In this document: positions 61,783 through 64,000 of the stretch, one piece after another
Layout of the letters: the number at the start of each line of letters is the position of its first letter
Numbering within the stretch: the stretch's first letter is position 1
DNA from: Candidatus Omnitrophota bacterium
GTDB taxonomy: Bacteria; Omnitrophota; Gorgyraeia; Zapsychrales; Fredricksoniimonadaceae
Assembly: GCA_903908245.1 (NCBI GenBank)
Contig: CAIVRE010000029.1
Coordinates: forward strand, 14,266 to 78,265
DNA length: 64,000 nucleotides
Reading direction: 5' to 3'
Notes under the pieces: generated by a model
The model's database searches: none
Told to the model about the DNA's origin: nothing
What the model saw: the letters and a program-made list of their open reading frames with translations, nothing else
Program-made: the position numbers and the translations under genes

Positions 61783-62838
61783 TTATAAATGTTTAACCAC
61801 CAGATCGCCGACTTCCGTCGTGGAATAGCCCATCTTGCCCGCGGCAAGATCATCAAGCTTGGTCGTCACAACCGTCCGGATGGATTTTTCTATCGCCGTC
61901 GCCGCCGCCGTCTCGCCCACCTCATGAAGCAAAAGTGCTCCGGCGCCGATAGCCGCCAGCGGATTGATAATATTCTTTCCGGTATATTTTGGCGCTGACC
62001 CGCCGATCGGCTCAAACATTGACACGCCTTCGGGATTGATATTTCCTCCCGCCGCGATCCCCATGCCGCCCTGGATCATGGCCGCCAGATCGGTAATGAT
62101 ATCCCCGAACATATTATCGGTCACGATCACATCGAACCATTCCGGGTTCTTCACCATCCACATGGTGATCGCATCCACGTGCGCATAGTCCGTCTTGATA
62201 TCCGGATATTCTTTCCCAACCTGGTCGAACGTGCGCTGCCAAAGATCGAACGCAAAAGTTAAAACATTCGTCTTGCCGCACAGCGTGAGCTGTTTACGGC
62301 GGCTATATTTGCGCGCATATTCATACGCATAACGCACGCACCGTTCAATACCAAAACGGGTATTGATGCTTTCCTGAATGGCGACTTCATTTGGCGTATC
62401 TTTAAAAAGCTGCCCGCCCGCGCCGGCATAAAGCCCCTCGGAATTTTCACGCACAACGGTAAAGTTAATGTCCTCCGGCGTCTTGCCTTTCAACGGGCAA
62501 AAACGCTCGTCGAACAACTGGACCGGGCGCAAATTAATATACTGGTTAAGGTCAAAGCGCAGCTTGAGCAGGATCCCCTTCTCCAGAATGCCAGGCTTGA
62601 CATCCGGATGGCCGATAGCGCCAAGGAAGATCGCGTCAAAACCTTTAAGATCGCTCACCGCGGATGCCGGAAGCACTTCTTTGGTGCGCAAATACCTCTC
62701 TCCGCCAAAATCAAAATTGACCGTGTCATATTTGAACCCGAATTTTTGCGCCGCAGCCGCCATGACCTTTAAACCTTCACGGATGACTTCAGGGCCTGTT
62801 CCGTCCCCCGGGATGGTAGCGATCTTGTAGGAATTCAT
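61783..62838 (-). CDS. leuB: 3-isopropylmalate dehydrogenase family (beta-decarboxylating dehydrogenase)
   Basis: 'IATIPGDGTGPEV' N-terminus, 'NMFGDIITD' metal/NAD site. 351 aa. Could alternatively be a tartrate/homoisocitrate dehydrogenase. Confidence 0.75.
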   Translation of the reverse strand: MNSYKIATIPGDGTGPEVIREGLKVMAAAAQKFGFKYDTVNFDFGGERYLRTKEVLPASAVSDLKGFDAIFLGAIGHPDVKPGILEKGILLKLRFDLNQYINLRPVQLFDERFCPLKGKTPEDINFTVVRENSEGLYAGAGGQLFKDTPNEVAIQESINTRFGIERCVRYAYEYARKYSRRKQLTLCGKTNVLTFAFDLWQRTFDQVGKEYPDIKTDYAHVDAITMWMVKNPEWFDVIVTDNMFGDIITDLAAMIQGGMGIAAGGNINPEGVSMFEPIGGSAPKYTGKNIINPLAAIGAGALLLHEVGETAAATAIEKSIRTVVTTKLDDLAAGKMGYSTTEVGDLVVKHL

Positions 62839-62887
62839 ACGTCTCCTTTATAAACGTCTACTTACCGGTCGACCCATCGGGTCGACC

Positions 62888-64000
62888 CTACTCTTTAAAT
62901 TTCGCGATGGCGATCGTGGCGTTATGGCCACCGAAGCCAAGTGAATTCGATATGGCCAGTTCAACGTTAGCCTTACGCGCCTGATTGGGGACATAATCCA
63001 GGTCACAATCGGGATCCGGCGTCGTATAATTAACCGTCGGGGGGATGATCTGATCGCGGATCGCGAGTACGCAAGCCGCACATTCAACCGCCCCTGCCGC
63101 CCCGAGCAAATGACCTGTCATGGATTTGGTGGAACTTACCGCCAGCTTGCGGGCATGATCGCCGAAAGCCTTGTGGATCGCCAGCGTCTCGATCTTGTCA
63201 TTCAGATAAGTCGACGTGCCGTGCGCGTTGATATAGTCAACCTCGTTCATCTTGCGTCCGCCCCAGCCGACCGCCTGCACCATTGAACGGGCCGCACCGT
63301 CACCGGAATCATCAGGAGCTGTGGAATGGAACGCATCCCCCGTCTGCCCATAACCTACCACCTCGGCCAGGATCTTCGCCCCGCGCTTTTTAGCGTATTC
63401 CAATTCTTCCAGAACAACAACGGCCGCGCCTTCGCCCATTACAAACCCGTCACGGTCCTTGTCGAAAGGCCTGCTGGCTTTTTCAGGCGCATCATTACGG
63501 GTCGACAGCGCTTTAAGCGCACAGAAACCGCCGATCCCAAGAACGGAAATAGCCGCCTCGGACCCGCCGGCAAAGGCCGCATCGATCTCGCCGTACTGGA
63601 TCATCTTGAACGCATCGCCGATACAGGTTGTCCCTGTCGCGCAAGCAGTAACAGAACAGGTGATCGGGCCTTTGGCGCCAATATCAATGGAAATATGGCC
63701 CGCCACTTCATTAATGATCATTTTTGTAATAAAGAACGGCGATATCCGGGTCGGCCCCTTATCAAGGAACCGCTGATACTCTTCCTCCGCCGCGCCAATA
63801 GCCCCTATCCCCGAGCCGACAACAACTCCGACACGCTCCGGATCGACCTCACCCATTTTGAAACTGGCGTTCGCCATCGCTTCACGAGCCGCCACTATCC
63901 CATATTGCACAAAGGGCGAGATCTTGCGGGCATCCTTGGGATTAAAATACGCTTCAGGGTTGTACCCTTTAAGTTCAGCCGCGAATTTTGTATCGAACAA
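62888..64000 (-). CDS. fabF: 3-oxoacyl-[ACP] synthase II, N-terminally truncated by the window edge
   Basis: Active-site Cys 'TACATG', His-His 'INAHGTST' and 'GHLLGAAG'. The ORF runs off the window end. Confidence 0.9.
   Translation of the reverse strand: MFDTKFAAELKGYNPEAYFNPKDARKISPFVQYGIVAAREAMANASFKMGEVDPERVGVVVGSGIGAIGAAEEEYQRFLDKGPTRISPFFITKMIINEVAGHISIDIGAKGPITCSVTACATGTTCIGDAFKMIQYGEIDAAFAGGSEAAISVLGIGGFCALKALSTRNDAPEKASRPFDKDRDGFVMGEGAAVVVLEELEYAKKRGAKILAEVVGYGQTGDAFHSTAPDDSGDGAARSMVQAVGWGGRKMNEVDYINAHGTSTYLNDKIETLAIHKAFGDHARKLAVSSTKSMTGHLLGAAGAVECAACVLAIRDQIIPPTVNYTTPDPDCDLDYVPNQARKANVELAISNSLGFGGHNATIAIAKFKE

Overview
This 64 kb window is a gene-dense bacterial chromosomal segment. 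Almost every gene is on the minus strand (likely leading strand) and many adjacent genes overlap by 4 nt (ATGA), so they are probably translationally coupled. Most of it is core metabolism. Reading from low to high coordinates: a partial response regulator (+) converging on a SpoIID/LytB homolog, then ruvB-scpA-trpS-infB-nusA-rimP-proS. Next comes a CpaF/TadA-like secretion ATPase that sits alone, without other pilus or secretion genes nearby. Then rseP-dxr-cdsA-uppS, a Pal/CpoB-like pair (OmpA lipoprotein plus coiled-coil protein), purA, a polytopic membrane protein, serA plus a class-V aminotransferase, clpP, a trigger factor lacking its PPIase domain, and lptB-lptA-kdsC-kdsD-kdsA-kdsB. A late-LPS / inner-core block follows (26.9-39.6 kb): heptose-7-P kinase, three GT9 heptosyltransferases, an embedded single-domain response regulator, a GT4 glycosyltransferase, a GT4-GT9 fusion, an LpxL-acyltransferase + GT-B-like fusion, lpxK and waaA. 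Next are an XerC/D-type recombinase gene, a low-GC segment encoding one 765-aa signal-peptide / two-TM protein whose C-terminal ~330 aa are encoded by strikingly AT-rich DNA, and topA. After that come dprA-aroK-folK and an arginine-lysine supercluster (dapL-like aminotransferase, dapB, dapA, dapF, lysA, argH, argG, argF, argD, argB, argJ, argC). Upstream of that supercluster, with an intrinsic terminator in between, lie rpsI and rplM, then truA, asd, a leuB-family dehydrogenase and a partial fabF. The synteny resembles Firmicutes/Terrabacteria (uppS-cdsA-dxr-rseP-proS; rimP-nusA-infB; truA-rplM-rpsI) even though the organism clearly makes LPS (diderm). I found no CRISPR arrays, rRNA or tRNA genes. 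The most unusual locus is the mosaic 765-aa gene lying between topA and the xerC-like gene. Secondary oddities are the orphan CpaF ATPase, the response regulator inside the LPS core operon, and several domain fusions or losses (a prolyl-tRNA synthetase lacking its editing insertion, a PPIase-less trigger factor, GT4-GT9, LpxL-GT-B).
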